Positions 26,150-35,777 of a DNA stretch of 60,938 nucleotides are shown here, in pieces (positions within the stretch are counted from its first letter, which is position 1; each line of letters opens with the position of its first letter). The notes under the pieces are model-generated. The model did no database searches. It worked only from the letters and a program-made list of their open reading frames with translations, and had not been told where the DNA came from. The stretch lies in IMG/VR virus record IMGVR_UViG_3300025577_000002. One strand, written 5' to 3'. Origin of the DNA: a virus. A program made the translations under genes and the position numbers.

Positions 26150-26398
26150 TCATAGGATTCTCCAAATACGTAACCCTAGACGCATTACGTTAAGATGAGT
26201 ACCACCTTCTATACGCATTTCGGTATGTAACTGCCAACCTTTATCATCAAAAATCTTCTTAGCTTGTGCCGAAGCTGCCTCGGTATTGACACATGGCACA
26301 AATACAGAGGCTCCAATACTCATGGATTCCCAATCTACTATGAGCCGCACCCCATCAGGATGTAGGTCATAGGTTCGTATTACCCCCTGCTTACTCAT
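26150..26398 (-). CDS. hypothetical protein (~82 aa)
   Basis: The track ORF is 26150-26413. ATG 26398 (MSKQGVIRTYDL..) overlaps the primase stop by 8 nt. Confidence 0.45.
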   Translation of the reverse strand: MSKQGVIRTYDLHPDGVRLIVDWESMSIGASVFVPCVNTEAASAQAKKIFDDKGWQLHTEMRIEGGTHLNVMRLGLRIWRIL

Positions 26399-29231
26399 CA
26401 TCGCCGGAGTCAAACTTCATCATGATACAATCTGCTGGTGGTAGGTTCAGGTGTGTACCCTTAGTTAAGCGAGTCTTAGTCTTACGCCCATTGCAATGCT
26501 CTATAACTTCGGCGATCAGATGGGAGTAGTTTATCTGTAGCTCTGCACACCAATCTTTAAGTGGCTTAACCTTGACAAAAAACAACTTGGTATCCGTCTC
26601 GTACCGGGCTATTAACTTACCCCGTGCAACTGCTTCAGGGATGATTAGCGTGTCTAACCCGTTACCCTGCGTCTTACGGCTATCGTCGGTACTCTTAATC
26701 TGTAGGATGTGGCTTATATGCTCGGAAAAGAAATCGTTTAATATATCGTCAACCGTAGCGTTCATCTCTAAAGAACTAATCTTATTCTGTGGGAGTAGCA
26801 CTTTGGTAGCCCACTGATACACATTCTTAATATCGAAATCTATCAGCCCTGCTGCCTGCGCTATTGTAAGCCCTGCGATAGTCTTAGAGACCTGCTCAGA
26901 CCAGAACCGGTTTTCTGCACTGAGGTCTGCTGCTTTATCAACGCGCTTCTGCAAGTCGGTGCAGACCTGCTTAACCATATCTAGGTTATTCATGATGTAC
27001 TGTACGAACACTATACCCGCATGGCCATAATTCTCGTGCAGAGCCTTATCAAACGCATCGGTCTCAGACTTAGAAGAAAACGCTATACGTGGTACACGGC
27101 ACTCTAATATCCGCTGGGCCTCTGCTTTCGGCATAGCTTTCGCGGTACTAATACGTTCGATGATGCTCGTGTTCCCTGTAGTCAGTGCCATCAACCGCCA
27201 AGGCTTGCCACGGTGACGCTCGACGTTACTACTTGCCGACATACGTGCACGCTGTTGACCACCAGTAAATTGGTATAGCATGTCCGACGCTTGCTTAGGG
27301 GGCATGTTCGTTATCTCATCGATGGGCCAAACGATGTTGTGGTATACCTCACCCCGGTTCATCTTCGTGTTCAGGGTATCTCGCTCTTTCATAATGAGCG
27401 ATTCGGGCTGGCCCCATATACCGATAGCCGCCGACAAGGCAGTAGTCTTACCAACCCCTGACTCCTTACTAAACAGGTGTAGTGCCGCGCAGTGCACATT
27501 CGCAAACTGCATCAACGCCGTACCGAAGCCGACTCCGACGACATACTGCTGGAGTTCAAAGCCCGCACGGTCCCAAAAATGTATGTTGTCTCGCCATGCC
27601 TGCAAGGTACCCTTCGGTTCAAATGCGGAGAACAAACCCACAGTCTGGTTCGACGGCGGGTTAAAATCGATACCGGTAGCCGTGATCTTTTGGTTACCCA
27701 GAACAAAGGCTTCGCACTTGTCGTTCGTCCAGCCGAACTGTCGATGAGCTTCTTCTGCCACACTATTCGCCTGTAGCTCGTTTATCCACGTAGTTGTATA
27801 TGTCATAAGTTCATCCATCTTCATTAGAGCTACCCCCTGCATAGACATCGCTTTGCGAAACTCGTCTCGGGATGTAACTGCGCTAAGGGGCAACGTAAAC
27901 TCTCGCACCCCATCTTTCGGTAAGTGTAGCCGCATAACCACAGCTTCACCCACTTCAGGGTCGTTGATCCGTTTAACAACATATAAGTCGTTATGGTAGA
28001 GACATCTCTCGTCAGGGTCTCCCGCGTCGTCTGTGGTTCTTACGTATACTCCCCCATTAGCGCCCCGGAAGTATGGGTGTGGGTACTTGGGTATGGCATA
28101 CTTGCTTAACGGGGCAGCGGGTAAAGTCAGCGCCGGAGCTTCTACCTCTACCTCTATATCTTCTACGGCTTCTACAGGTACTTCATACAGCCCTGCGGTA
28201 CTTACCGGAGCCTCTACTACGCGCTTGCCAAGCACGATCGGGGATTTTACGGATCCCCAGTTGGGGCAACCTGCGCACACATCGGGGTTAAACTCGTCAA
28301 AACGCGTACATGTGTACGGGCCTTTAATTGCTTCAAGCTTCCTTACTGTATCGTCGGCACTGTATTCAGGGTGGTGCTTGGATATACGGTGTGCCGCTTT
28401 ATCCCCATCTACACAAAACTTCGCGATGGATAGGGCCGCTCGCCACATAGGCTCACTGACAGCCGCTTGGTTCTGTATAATCTGCCCAAGCTGTGCGCAC
28501 CCAGTACCGTTACTAGTCTTAACAAGTATATCTCGAAAGTAGTTCTCTCGGTTACCTGCTAGTGCATCCATAACGGCGTTCGTACCGTGGGGTGTATACT
28601 TAGTGGGAACTGGTATCGCATCTACCCCGAGTAGCTCTGAGAACTTATCAAAGTCTACCGAAGGCTGCATATCCCCAAACAACGAAACTTCCGCAGGAGG
28701 GTCAACCTTGTAGTTATGCGTGTGTGGCACACGTAGTACTCGTGCAGCGTCAGAAGTCACGGCAGGGTCTGCCCCAAAGCCGTGCTGCTTACACAAGTTT
28801 TTTAATCTGGTTGCTACCGGTACCCAGTCGTCCGCGCATACGGGTTCAGTTAAGGGCCAATAGACATGTACACCACGCCCAGAATTAAGCATGGTAGGTT
28901 TAGGTAACTTTAGCTTTTTGCAAAAAGTACGCAACGCCTGTATTGCTTGGTACTGAGATACGAAGTCTTTACTCGCACCACAATCTAAATCGAGGAAGAA
29001 CGCCCTAAGTTGTTTTACGTTATCTACTCGACGGTTGCCCGCTGCTTCTAACGTCGCTAATGCAAAATAAACATCGTACCCTTCATCATCAAGATTGCGG
29101 GCCGCATCAACCACTGCGTCGATGGAGTCGTAGAATTTCTGCACCCTACGTTCGTCGGTCTGACGAATCGCAAAGACACAGAAGGAACCCTCACTCCCCA
29201 ACGTCTTCTTTAAAAAAGTTGTCGTTTCCAT
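26391..29231 (-). CDS. bifunctional primase-polymerase (AEP) / D5-type SF3 helicase, 946 aa
   Basis: The N-terminal AEP motifs are ..DVYFALATL.., ..FFLDLDCG.. (DxD) and ..GRGVHVYW... The C-terminal Walker A is ..SKESGVGKTTAL.. with downstream SF3-like motifs. Confidence 0.85.
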   Translation of the reverse strand: METTTFLKKTLGSEGSFCVFAIRQTDERRVQKFYDSIDAVVDAARNLDDEGYDVYFALATLEAAGNRRVDNVKQLRAFFLDLDCGASKDFVSQYQAIQALRTFCKKLKLPKPTMLNSGRGVHVYWPLTEPVCADDWVPVATRLKNLCKQHGFGADPAVTSDAARVLRVPHTHNYKVDPPAEVSLFGDMQPSVDFDKFSELLGVDAIPVPTKYTPHGTNAVMDALAGNRENYFRDILVKTSNGTGCAQLGQIIQNQAAVSEPMWRAALSIAKFCVDGDKAAHRISKHHPEYSADDTVRKLEAIKGPYTCTRFDEFNPDVCAGCPNWGSVKSPIVLGKRVVEAPVSTAGLYEVPVEAVEDIEVEVEAPALTLPAAPLSKYAIPKYPHPYFRGANGGVYVRTTDDAGDPDERCLYHNDLYVVKRINDPEVGEAVVMRLHLPKDGVREFTLPLSAVTSRDEFRKAMSMQGVALMKMDELMTYTTTWINELQANSVAEEAHRQFGWTNDKCEAFVLGNQKITATGIDFNPPSNQTVGLFSAFEPKGTLQAWRDNIHFWDRAGFELQQYVVGVGFGTALMQFANVHCAALHLFSKESGVGKTTALSAAIGIWGQPESLIMKERDTLNTKMNRGEVYHNIVWPIDEITNMPPKQASDMLYQFTGGQQRARMSASSNVERHRGKPWRLMALTTGNTSIIERISTAKAMPKAEAQRILECRVPRIAFSSKSETDAFDKALHENYGHAGIVFVQYIMNNLDMVKQVCTDLQKRVDKAADLSAENRFWSEQVSKTIAGLTIAQAAGLIDFDIKNVYQWATKVLLPQNKISSLEMNATVDDILNDFFSEHISHILQIKSTDDSRKTQGNGLDTLIIPEAVARGKLIARYETDTKLFFVKVKPLKDWCAELQINYSHLIAEVIEHCNGRKTKTRLTKGTHLNLPPADCIMMKFDSGDDE

Positions 29232-29240
29232 ACTACCACC

Positions 29241-29271
29241 AGAAACCGAAAGACACCGCAGCAGGGGTGTC
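29241..29271 (-). terminator. hairpin plus U-rich tract (attenuator/terminator candidate) between SSB-like and primase genes
   Basis: On the minus strand: GACACC-cctgctgc-GGTGTC followed by tttcggtttct. Confidence 0.45.
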
Positions 29272-29325
29272 GGTACACCCTTTTCAGTTTATCCTAGCTG
29301 CGGTGAGATGTTATCGCGGGGGGAG

Positions 29326-30228
29326 TTACTCGTCGTCCCAATCGTCGATGATCGAACCTAGGTCGTTAGCCTCGTCAGGCACAGTGGCGGCCTTCTTAGT
29401 CACAACCTTCTTAGGCTCCTCGTCAACGGTGGTGCTCTCCTCGGCGAACAGGGGTTGCGCTTTCTTCGGTGCAGGTACTACAGGAGCGGCCTTACTAACA
29501 ACGCCATCCGTTTGTGAAACCGTCATGGTGATAGCCTTCAGAGTTTCTGGGGCATCTTTCAGAGCGACTACGGTATTTAGTTCGTCTTCATTAAGCGGAC
29601 GTACTGCCTTGAAGAACAACTTTGGCGTGCTACTATTTTCATCAAACCGCATGTTGGTAACGATGGCCACCGCAGGCGTATTGTGTGCCTGTAAGAACCG
29701 TGCGTATCCCTGCATCGGCATCTTACCCTCTTTTGTCTCCCCAAAGATAGAGGTAGCTGGTAACTGTAGTTGATATACCTTGTTAAGGTCACCTTCCAAT
29801 GCTACTGCTAATCGCTGCGCAAACCGACAAGCGCGGCTTTCACCTTGGCCAGAACCCTTGATGTTCTGTGGGCAATCCATACACCGTTTGGACTGGCGAT
29901 TCTCTGGTGCTACTTCAGGTGCAGGGGTCTGGGTATCTGCTGACCAGCACTTCGGGGGTGTTGGATTCTGGGGGTCATAATTCCCTTCATAGTAAGTACG
30001 TGAGATTGGTGCTGCATTGACAACCACGATATTCATGTTGTCTTCTTTGCTCACGGATACTTGCTCACCACCAGAAAACTCACGGAACTTACCACCGTTA
30101 AGGCTGATTCGGTGCCGCTTCTCCCCACCGCCTGACCCGCTTAACAGGTTATCGTTTACATCTTGCAGCGACTTAAACAGGTCGCCAGTCACAAGCGCGT
30201 TGTCTCCAAACAAGGTAACTTCAGACAT
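29326..30228 (-). CDS. single-stranded DNA-binding protein candidate (300 aa) with acidic C-terminal tail
   Basis: It sits in the replication module. It has a Cys cluster (..PPKCWS..RCMDCPQN..ACRF..) and the C-terminus ..DLGSIIDDWDDE resembles SSB/gp2.5 acidic tails. AAGGGGA RBS upstream. Confidence 0.5.
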   Translation of the reverse strand: MSEVTLFGDNALVTGDLFKSLQDVNDNLLSGSGGGEKRHRISLNGGKFREFSGGEQVSVSKEDNMNIVVVNAAPISRTYYEGNYDPQNPTPPKCWSADTQTPAPEVAPENRQSKRCMDCPQNIKGSGQGESRACRFAQRLAVALEGDLNKVYQLQLPATSIFGETKEGKMPMQGYARFLQAHNTPAVAIVTNMRFDENSSTPKLFFKAVRPLNEDELNTVVALKDAPETLKAITMTVSQTDGVVSKAAPVVPAPKKAQPLFAEESTTVDEEPKKVVTKKAATVPDEANDLGSIIDDWDDE

Positions 30229-30239
30229 AGTATTTCCCC

Positions 30240-30509
30240 TTAATAATCATCATCTAGGTTTACGTTAATAGGCTCAGCTTGCGTAGCACTGACAATCTCA
30301 ACCCCGATAGGCGTCACAGTAGCTTTCGCGGCCTCGGCCTGAGCAGTTAGTGCTTGCGTCACTTCACCAATACAGAATCGGTACGTGTTGCCTACTTTAA
30401 TATATGTATCTTTCGGGATGCTACCCTGACGAACCCACGCACGGATCGTGGATATAGATACTGAAAAGTGATTCGCTAACTCTTCGATTGGTACATATGG
30501 TCCGGTCAT
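30240..30509 (-). CDS. Xis/MerR-type winged-HTH DNA-binding protein (89 aa)
   Basis: ..IEELANHFSVSISTIRAWVRQGSIPKDTYIKVGNTYRF.. is the excisionase/AlpA-type HTH pattern. GAGGA RBS upstream. Confidence 0.65.
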   Translation of the reverse strand: MTGPYVPIEELANHFSVSISTIRAWVRQGSIPKDTYIKVGNTYRFCIGEVTQALTAQAEAAKATVTPIGVEIVSATQAEPINVNLDDDY

Positions 30510-30907
30510 TATTTTTTCCTCACTGAGATTATGTATTCGGAGTCAGTATTAAGACCTTTCGGTACTAACTCTGGGTTATCTTCGAGAAACTGCTTTACGT
30601 GGGTCTGGTTTAGGCGCTTCTCAAAAAACTCGGGTAGTTCATGTTCAAGGATAAACTTGTGCATGGATTCCCAATCGCTTGTCCAGTAGCGTGTCCTAAC
30701 AGACCGGTAAAACAAACCCTCTGAAGTCTTCACACTTTCAAGACCTTGCTCTTTGCAGTAGTCGAGTAGTGCTGCCTTGACCTTATCTAACTGTGTGCCA
30801 AGGGCGTCGTCTTGCTTTTTAAACTCGGCTGATAACTCAGCCTTCTTGTTCCGTATCTTCAGGTACACCTTGGTTAACTTCTCAGCTAACCCTTTATCCT
30901 CATCCAT
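30509..30907 (-). CDS. hypothetical replication/recombination-module protein (132 aa)
   Basis: The track ORF starts at a TTG (30976). ATG 30907 has an AGGAGAG RBS. The N-terminus is coiled-coil and the C-terminus globular. Confidence 0.45.
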   Translation of the reverse strand: MDEDKGLAEKLTKVYLKIRNKKAELSAEFKKQDDALGTQLDKVKAALLDYCKEQGLESVKTSEGLFYRSVRTRYWTSDWESMHKFILEHELPEFFEKRLNQTHVKQFLEDNPELVPKGLNTDSEYIISVRKK

Positions 30908-30968
30908 ATCTGCTCTCCTAGGTACCCCAGTTCGTGTTGGGAGATCCACTTTAATGCTGTTTAGTACC

Positions 30969-32516
30969 CTAGTCAAGTATTTCTTTGTAAAGATCGATCA
31001 TTTTTGTGTGAACGTCTAGTCTGTTATCTAACATTGCGTAAACGCGTTTCTCTACGGGGGAACCTTGGAGCTGTATGATAGTACACTTGGTATCTTGTCC
31101 TGCTCTGTGTACCCGAGCATTAGCCTGAGCATAAGTCTCTAGTGAGCTTGTCGGGCCCCACCAAACCACAGTACTCGCAGCGGTTAAGGTAACGCCGTGC
31201 GCTGCTGATTGTGGCTGGATGACTAGCACCCGAGGATTGTCGGTGGTCTGGAACGTCCTAAATATCTCAGTACGTTTCGCCACAGGCACATCGCCCCGGA
31301 TAACCTCAGTGGTTATCCCCTCACTCCGTAGCTTATCTGTAAGGATGTCGATCGTGTGTTTGAACGGGACGAATATCAAGATCTTCTTACTGCTCTCGTC
31401 GATCACTTCCCGCAAGACTTTATACCGATGACTAATATCAAACGCTATGGTGTCTCCATCGTCGGTGTACACTGCACCAGAAGATATTTGCAGGAGCTTG
31501 TTCATGTTCACAGCGGCATTAGCTGCCGTAATATCTTCCCCCGCTGCCTGTATCACCATGCGTTCTTTCAACATCTTGTAGTATTTAAGCTGCTGGCGCG
31601 TAAGCTCCACTTCCCGTGTGACGTACACTAGTGGTGGTAGGTCTAAGCACTCTTCCTTAGTGAAACGTATGGCAGGCTGTAAGGCTTTGTATACCGTATC
31701 GGTGGCGGTGACTTTCGGTACCCACTTAAACTGTGTGAGCTTGTCCATTACTTGGTCACGGAACGACCCGAAGAACCGAGGCACTGCTTGGGGGTTAACC
31801 AGTTTGGCAATGCCGTAGGCGTCTAGGGGGGACTGTGCCGCCGGAGTACCCGTCATCATCCACAACCATGTAGTCGGCCCTATCAACTTGTTCAGGGACT
31901 TCCAACGCTTTGTTTGGGGGTTCTTGTAGTGTGTTGCTTCATCCACAATGATCAGGTCGAAACCGCCATTGGCGATGTCTTCTGCAACAATCTCTACTCC
32001 GTCATAGTTTATTACGACGAACTCAGCCCCACCATTGATTATCTTCCGGCGTTTCTCTTTTGCTCCATAGGCCACATCAACCGTGCGGTGCATAGCAAAG
32101 CTAAACAGGTCCGCACGCCATGCCGAATCCATAATGGATAGGGGGCAGATTACTAGGACGCGACGGATCTTGCGCTGAGTCATCAGGAAATCAGCAGCCC
32201 ATATAGCGGAGGCTGTCTTGCCAGTGCCCTGCTCATTAAAGCAGAAGGACCGCCGATTCATCGTAAGGAAAGACGCTGTAACACGTTGGTGGTCGAACGG
32301 TTTGTACTGACCGGGCCAATCGTATCGCCCTTCGATAGGTGACGGCACGCGCATACCAAGATTCTTTAAGACGTGTGCTTCTTCCAATCCCCAGTTGACG
32401 AGGACTTCGTTATTTTGCAGTTCTTTGCTCTTTGGTATTACGGTGGTAACCTTTTGGGGGTTACGAAGCCGCAACAAGAGTGCCTTGTTGTTAAGAATTT
32501 CCACAGTGTTCTCCAT
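30969..32516 (-). CDS. SNF2-family helicase/ATPase (515 aa)
   Basis: Motif I is ..NEQGTGKTASAI.. and motif II is ..IIVDEATHYKN... C-terminal helicase motifs are ..VLVIQPQSAAHGVTLT.. and ..QANARVHRAGQ... Confidence 0.85.
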   Translation of the reverse strand: MENTVEILNNKALLLRLRNPQKVTTVIPKSKELQNNEVLVNWGLEEAHVLKNLGMRVPSPIEGRYDWPGQYKPFDHQRVTASFLTMNRRSFCFNEQGTGKTASAIWAADFLMTQRKIRRVLVICPLSIMDSAWRADLFSFAMHRTVDVAYGAKEKRRKIINGGAEFVVINYDGVEIVAEDIANGGFDLIIVDEATHYKNPQTKRWKSLNKLIGPTTWLWMMTGTPAAQSPLDAYGIAKLVNPQAVPRFFGSFRDQVMDKLTQFKWVPKVTATDTVYKALQPAIRFTKEECLDLPPLVYVTREVELTRQQLKYYKMLKERMVIQAAGEDITAANAAVNMNKLLQISSGAVYTDDGDTIAFDISHRYKVLREVIDESSKKILIFVPFKHTIDILTDKLRSEGITTEVIRGDVPVAKRTEIFRTFQTTDNPRVLVIQPQSAAHGVTLTAASTVVWWGPTSSLETYAQANARVHRAGQDTKCTIIQLQGSPVEKRVYAMLDNRLDVHTKMIDLYKEILD

Positions 32517-32520
32517 CGCA

Positions 32521-32538
32521 GCGCCCTAGGTAGGGCGC
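32521..32538. repeat. 18-bp perfect palindrome GCGCCCTAGGTAGGGCGC
   Basis: It lies 4 nt upstream of the SNF2 start codon, where an SD would be expected, and 6 nt from 17-bp motif copy 1. Confidence 0.7.
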
Positions 32539-32544
32539 GAGTTT

Positions 32545-32561
32545 GTTAGTGTGACACTAAC
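32545..32561 (-). repeat. 17-bp palindromic motif GTTAGTG-N3-CACTAAC, copy 1
   Basis: Plus strand reads GTTAGTGtgaCACTAAC. The TAG stop of the 89-aa gene lies inside the arm. It is 28 nt upstream of the SNF2 ATG. Confidence 0.9.
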
Positions 32562-32826
32562 TCTTTTTCTTATAGTTCCGTGCACGGTTCTTGCTTGCGC
32601 TTTCTATGATATACCCGTCTTTGTTCGAGCCGCCTTTCGACAGTGCCTTCTTATGGCTGACGTCTTTGCCCTCACGCTTGTCCGCTTTGCCATTCTTATC
32701 TTTATCCACACCTTCCTTGTCTACTGCTCTACGGGCACGCTGCCGTTCCATACGCGCCTTAAACTCCTTACTGTCTACCGGATTGTTCGTCTGTTTCTTT
32801 CGGTCTTTCGGATCTTTGTATGGCAT
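32557..32826 (-). CDS. small basic protein with degenerate HNH-like motif (89 aa)
   Basis: Very Lys/Arg-rich. ..GKDVSHKKALSKGGSNKDGYIIESASKNRAR.. resembles the D-x-x-H..GG..N..N core of HNH proteins. Confidence 0.35.
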   Translation of the reverse strand: MPYKDPKDRKKQTNNPVDSKEFKARMERQRARRAVDKEGVDKDKNGKADKREGKDVSHKKALSKGGSNKDGYIIESASKNRARNYKKKS

Positions 32827-33494
32827 TAGTTTCTCCCGTTATGTACGCACACTGTGACCGGGCAATACCTCTTACACAACCCACTAGGGTTAGGGTTCCA
32901 AGTATCTGCCTTCGCCGCAGCGTGCATGCGTGCATATTTGCCTAGCCATTTCTCCCAGAGTTTCGTCTTGTCGAAATCGGCATAGCTGTCTTTGATTAGA
33001 TCGTTACTAACAACGAACAGTAAGCCTGCCCGTATCTTCTTAACCTGTGGATAGTGGGCGAACACTGTAAGCGCCATCAGTTCTAGCTGGCCCTTATCCG
33101 CATACTTCGAGTTCTTACCTGTCTTATAGTCGATCACCCACGCGAGGTCACCATCCAATATGATCAGGTCGGCGATCCCCCGAAACCATACATCCTTGTC
33201 AAAGAACCCGCATGGCTCCAAGTTTTCCGTCATCCCCATCTTCAGTTCGCACAGCTTATCACCTTGTTTAGCGTTCAACGCGTCCAACATGTCCTGTGCA
33301 AAAGAAAACCTAATAGGTAGTGGAGTACCCTTACCGATGTAGTCTTCGGCAGAGGTATGAAACTCCGTACCGTATCGGGTAGCGTCAGTCTCCGTGAATG
33401 GATACTCTTTCAGTATCTTCTCATGGTAAAACTGCTTAGGACATTGTTCAAAAGATTTGATCTTACTGAACGACCACGGGGCTACATTTATCAT
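32826..33494 (-). CDS. Cas4/RecB-like PD-(D/E)XK exonuclease with Cys cluster (222 aa)
   Basis: An N-terminal Cys (..FEQCPKQFYHE..), ..GIADLIILDG..VIDYKTGK.. (D...D/E-x-K) and a C-terminal ..CKRYCPVTVC.. together form the 4-Cys Fe-S pattern of Cas4-like nucleases. Confidence 0.8.
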   Translation of the reverse strand: MINVAPWSFSKIKSFEQCPKQFYHEKILKEYPFTETDATRYGTEFHTSAEDYIGKGTPLPIRFSFAQDMLDALNAKQGDKLCELKMGMTENLEPCGFFDKDVWFRGIADLIILDGDLAWVIDYKTGKNSKYADKGQLELMALTVFAHYPQVKKIRAGLLFVVSNDLIKDSYADFDKTKLWEKWLGKYARMHAAAKADTWNPNPSGLCKRYCPVTVCVHNGRN

Positions 33495-35326
33495 TCACAA
33501 TCTCCATAGGATTGACCGGTTAAACTCTCACAGTCTAGGGGTAATCCGGCTGCCCATGAAGGTGTCTTTCGCATACACATATCGATATACGTCTGTGCTT
33601 CTGCCACCTCTGCATTGGGTACACAGCATACAACTGAGTCGTGCACGGTTAGCACAACGCGGTATCTCTTGGCTATTTGTAACATTTGTTCACCAATAAT
33701 ACAACGTGCTATCGCTTGGCAGACGTTCTCAACTACCTTCCCACCATAGATACGCGTTCGGCCTCGTCTAGTTTTGTACGTGTATTCCAGACCCTCCTCA
33801 GTGTACTCAGCCTTCAGATCCTCATACCGTAACAACAAACCAGATGGTATACGTATGGCCTTCTCTGCCCCAATCACTTCGAGGATACCTTCTAACCCGA
33901 TCTGTAACGTATACCCATCGGCAAGCTGCTTGACCATGCTCTGGGCATCACGCCAGACTTGGTTAATTTTACCATTAGCAGTACGGTATATACTAATAAC
34001 ACGTCGTGCCTCTTCCAGCTCCATATCGAAACCAAACGTCTTCAACTGTTCTTTGAACCGTACTGCACCCATGCCGTAACCTGCACCGAGAATGGTAACC
34101 TTACCAACGAACCGCTGGTCTTTGGTCACCTCGTCCACAGGCACACCATATATGCTCGACGCCATGTACTTATATACGTCTTCCTTGTTAGCAAACGCAG
34201 CTACCAAGTCATCCTGCCCAGCAAACCATGCCAAGACACGTGCTTCGATCTGTGCGGAGTCAGCGTCAATAATGGTGTACCCTTCAGGGGCCATGATACT
34301 ACTCTTTAACTTCTTACCGTTGACTCCCCGGCTAGGTAGGTTCTGCATGTTGATCTTATCATCACCTCCCCAGCGTCCGGTATGCGCGGCGTAGTAACGA
34401 ATCGGTACCGGCATCAGCCCCCGTTTGGATATATCTATAAACCTCTGAGTACGTGTTTCTTCTAAGGTGCTTTTCGTGCCCAGCCTTGCAGCAACCAACG
34501 CCTGTACTTGGTCGTTCTCATGGTCTAACAGTGCCTTGAAGGCTTCGTCGGACTTAGCAAACGCCCACGTCTCCTTACCTGTTGTCAGGCTTACCTTAGT
34601 CGGCGGAATTACGCCGAGTGCTTTAAGCACCTCAGCAAACTTCGGGTTACTCATCAGCTCTTTCTTATCAGTAACACCGGCGTCTGTTAACAGCTTATCC
34701 TTACGGTCTTTAACGTCTTCGAGGTGTGACTCCAGTAGGCCAGTATCGAGTTCAAGTATCGGATCGATAAACATACGCAGCGTCAGGTCGATAAGTCGGA
34801 GTTCCTGTTTAGGGAAACCTTTCTGCATCAGGATACCGAACAACTTGTACGTCAGGTCTACATCGTTGATACAGTAGTCACCGTACCGGTCTAGTTCTTC
34901 TGATGAAAAATCACCTCGTCGTTTTCCGAGGGCGTTGAGTACCTCCGTGCCCTTGACTCCGATATTATACCTTTCAGTAAGCGCTTTGAGACTTCCACCA
35001 ACTTCCACCCCATGAAGAGCACGGGACATGCAAAGAGTATCGGTATAAACGCGAGGATGCACACCAAAACGCCAGCTAAGAATGGCACCATCAAAAAGAG
35101 TATTGTGACAGAGGACCATAGACTCCGACCAATTGAAGGTGTGTAGGTATTCTCTGATCTGTTCATGCGTTCCACTTGCCCATTCAGTTTGTTCATTGTT
35201 AACCTTTATCCCTACACCGACCACCTCGAACTGTGGGTCACGGATGTATGATTCTGTTGTCATCTTAGATAGTGAAAATTCCTTACTGTAAAACGTCTCG
35301 AAATCTACGGTTATAAGGTCCATCAC
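33491..35326 (-). CDS. family A DNA polymerase with N-terminal 3'-5' exonuclease (611 aa)
   Basis: Exo I is ..ITVDFETFY... Motif A is ..IIDADSAQIEARVLAW.., motif B is ..RFVGKVTILGAGYGMG.. and motif C is ..VLTVHDSVV... Confidence 0.9.
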   Translation of the reverse strand: MMDLITVDFETFYSKEFSLSKMTTESYIRDPQFEVVGVGIKVNNEQTEWASGTHEQIREYLHTFNWSESMVLCHNTLFDGAILSWRFGVHPRVYTDTLCMSRALHGVEVGGSLKALTERYNIGVKGTEVLNALGKRRGDFSSEELDRYGDYCINDVDLTYKLFGILMQKGFPKQELRLIDLTLRMFIDPILELDTGLLESHLEDVKDRKDKLLTDAGVTDKKELMSNPKFAEVLKALGVIPPTKVSLTTGKETWAFAKSDEAFKALLDHENDQVQALVAARLGTKSTLEETRTQRFIDISKRGLMPVPIRYYAAHTGRWGGDDKINMQNLPSRGVNGKKLKSSIMAPEGYTIIDADSAQIEARVLAWFAGQDDLVAAFANKEDVYKYMASSIYGVPVDEVTKDQRFVGKVTILGAGYGMGAVRFKEQLKTFGFDMELEEARRVISIYRTANGKINQVWRDAQSMVKQLADGYTLQIGLEGILEVIGAEKAIRIPSGLLLRYEDLKAEYTEEGLEYTYKTRRGRTRIYGGKVVENVCQAIARCIIGEQMLQIAKRYRVVLTVHDSVVCCVPNAEVAEAQTYIDMCMRKTPSWAAGLPLDCESLTGQSYGDCE

Positions 35327-35577
35327 ATACCCACCTTTTCTATTAATTTATTCAGGTACCACTGCGCTTTCAGCAAATCTTCTTTCGGCTTGGCCTTGCT
35401 CTCATAACGCCAGAGGTATTTCAGTGCTGCGCCTTTGCAGTATCCCTTAAACGCCTCAGCTGTCATCGAGGCTTCTATACCATCAATGCACTCGACACTG
35501 CCGAAGCTGTAATGCGCTGGGTGGTTCACCATATCTTCTGTGTAGGGCATCTCCCTACGTGGGTTATCGTTCATCAC
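35323..35577 (-). CDS. DUF3310-family protein (84 aa)
   Basis: ..VNHPAHYSFGSVECIDGIE..FKGYCKGAALKYLWRYESKAKPKEDLLKAQWYL.. is the characteristic HPxHY ... KY..R..K...DL.KA pattern. Confidence 0.75.
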   Translation of the reverse strand: MMNDNPRREMPYTEDMVNHPAHYSFGSVECIDGIEASMTAEAFKGYCKGAALKYLWRYESKAKPKEDLLKAQWYLNKLIEKVGM

Positions 35578-35764
35578 CGTGCTCCTTCACACAGATCTCC
35601 GCATCGGTAGGCGCGCTTAGAGCATTCTTGCGAGCGACGCTGGCATACCACTTGAACACGTACTTCAGGGGTGACCACTTCGGGGCGATGGCCTCGGCTG
35701 TCTCACATATACACGCGAGGTCTTCCCAGTATTCTTTAGTCTTTGCTAACATACATTTCTCCAT
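35564..35764 (-). CDS. hypothetical protein (~62-66 aa)
   Basis: Inner part of track ORF 35564-35848. ATG 35764 or 35752 is the likely start; 35752 has a GGAGA RBS. The upstream part overlaps the VRR-NUC gene. Confidence 0.4.
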   Translation of the reverse strand: MEKCMLAKTKEYWEDLACICETAEAIAPKWSPLKYVFKWYASVARKNALSAPTDAEICVKEHGDER

Positions 35765-35777
35765 TGCAGTGCTGAGA

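Noticed and set aside
29060-29773. The 237-aa plus-strand ORF spanning the primase-SSB junction could be a gene.
   Set aside because: It is antisense to two well-supported minus-strand genes, is rich in S/R/P, has no RBS and crosses an intergenic terminator. It is a shadow ORF.
30240-30509. The Xis-like HTH could mark a lysogeny (integration/excision) module.
   Set aside because: No integrase, recombinase, CI-type repressor with a peptidase domain, or attP-like feature was found anywhere in the genome. The HTH is embedded in the replication operon and is more likely a transcription or replication accessory factor.
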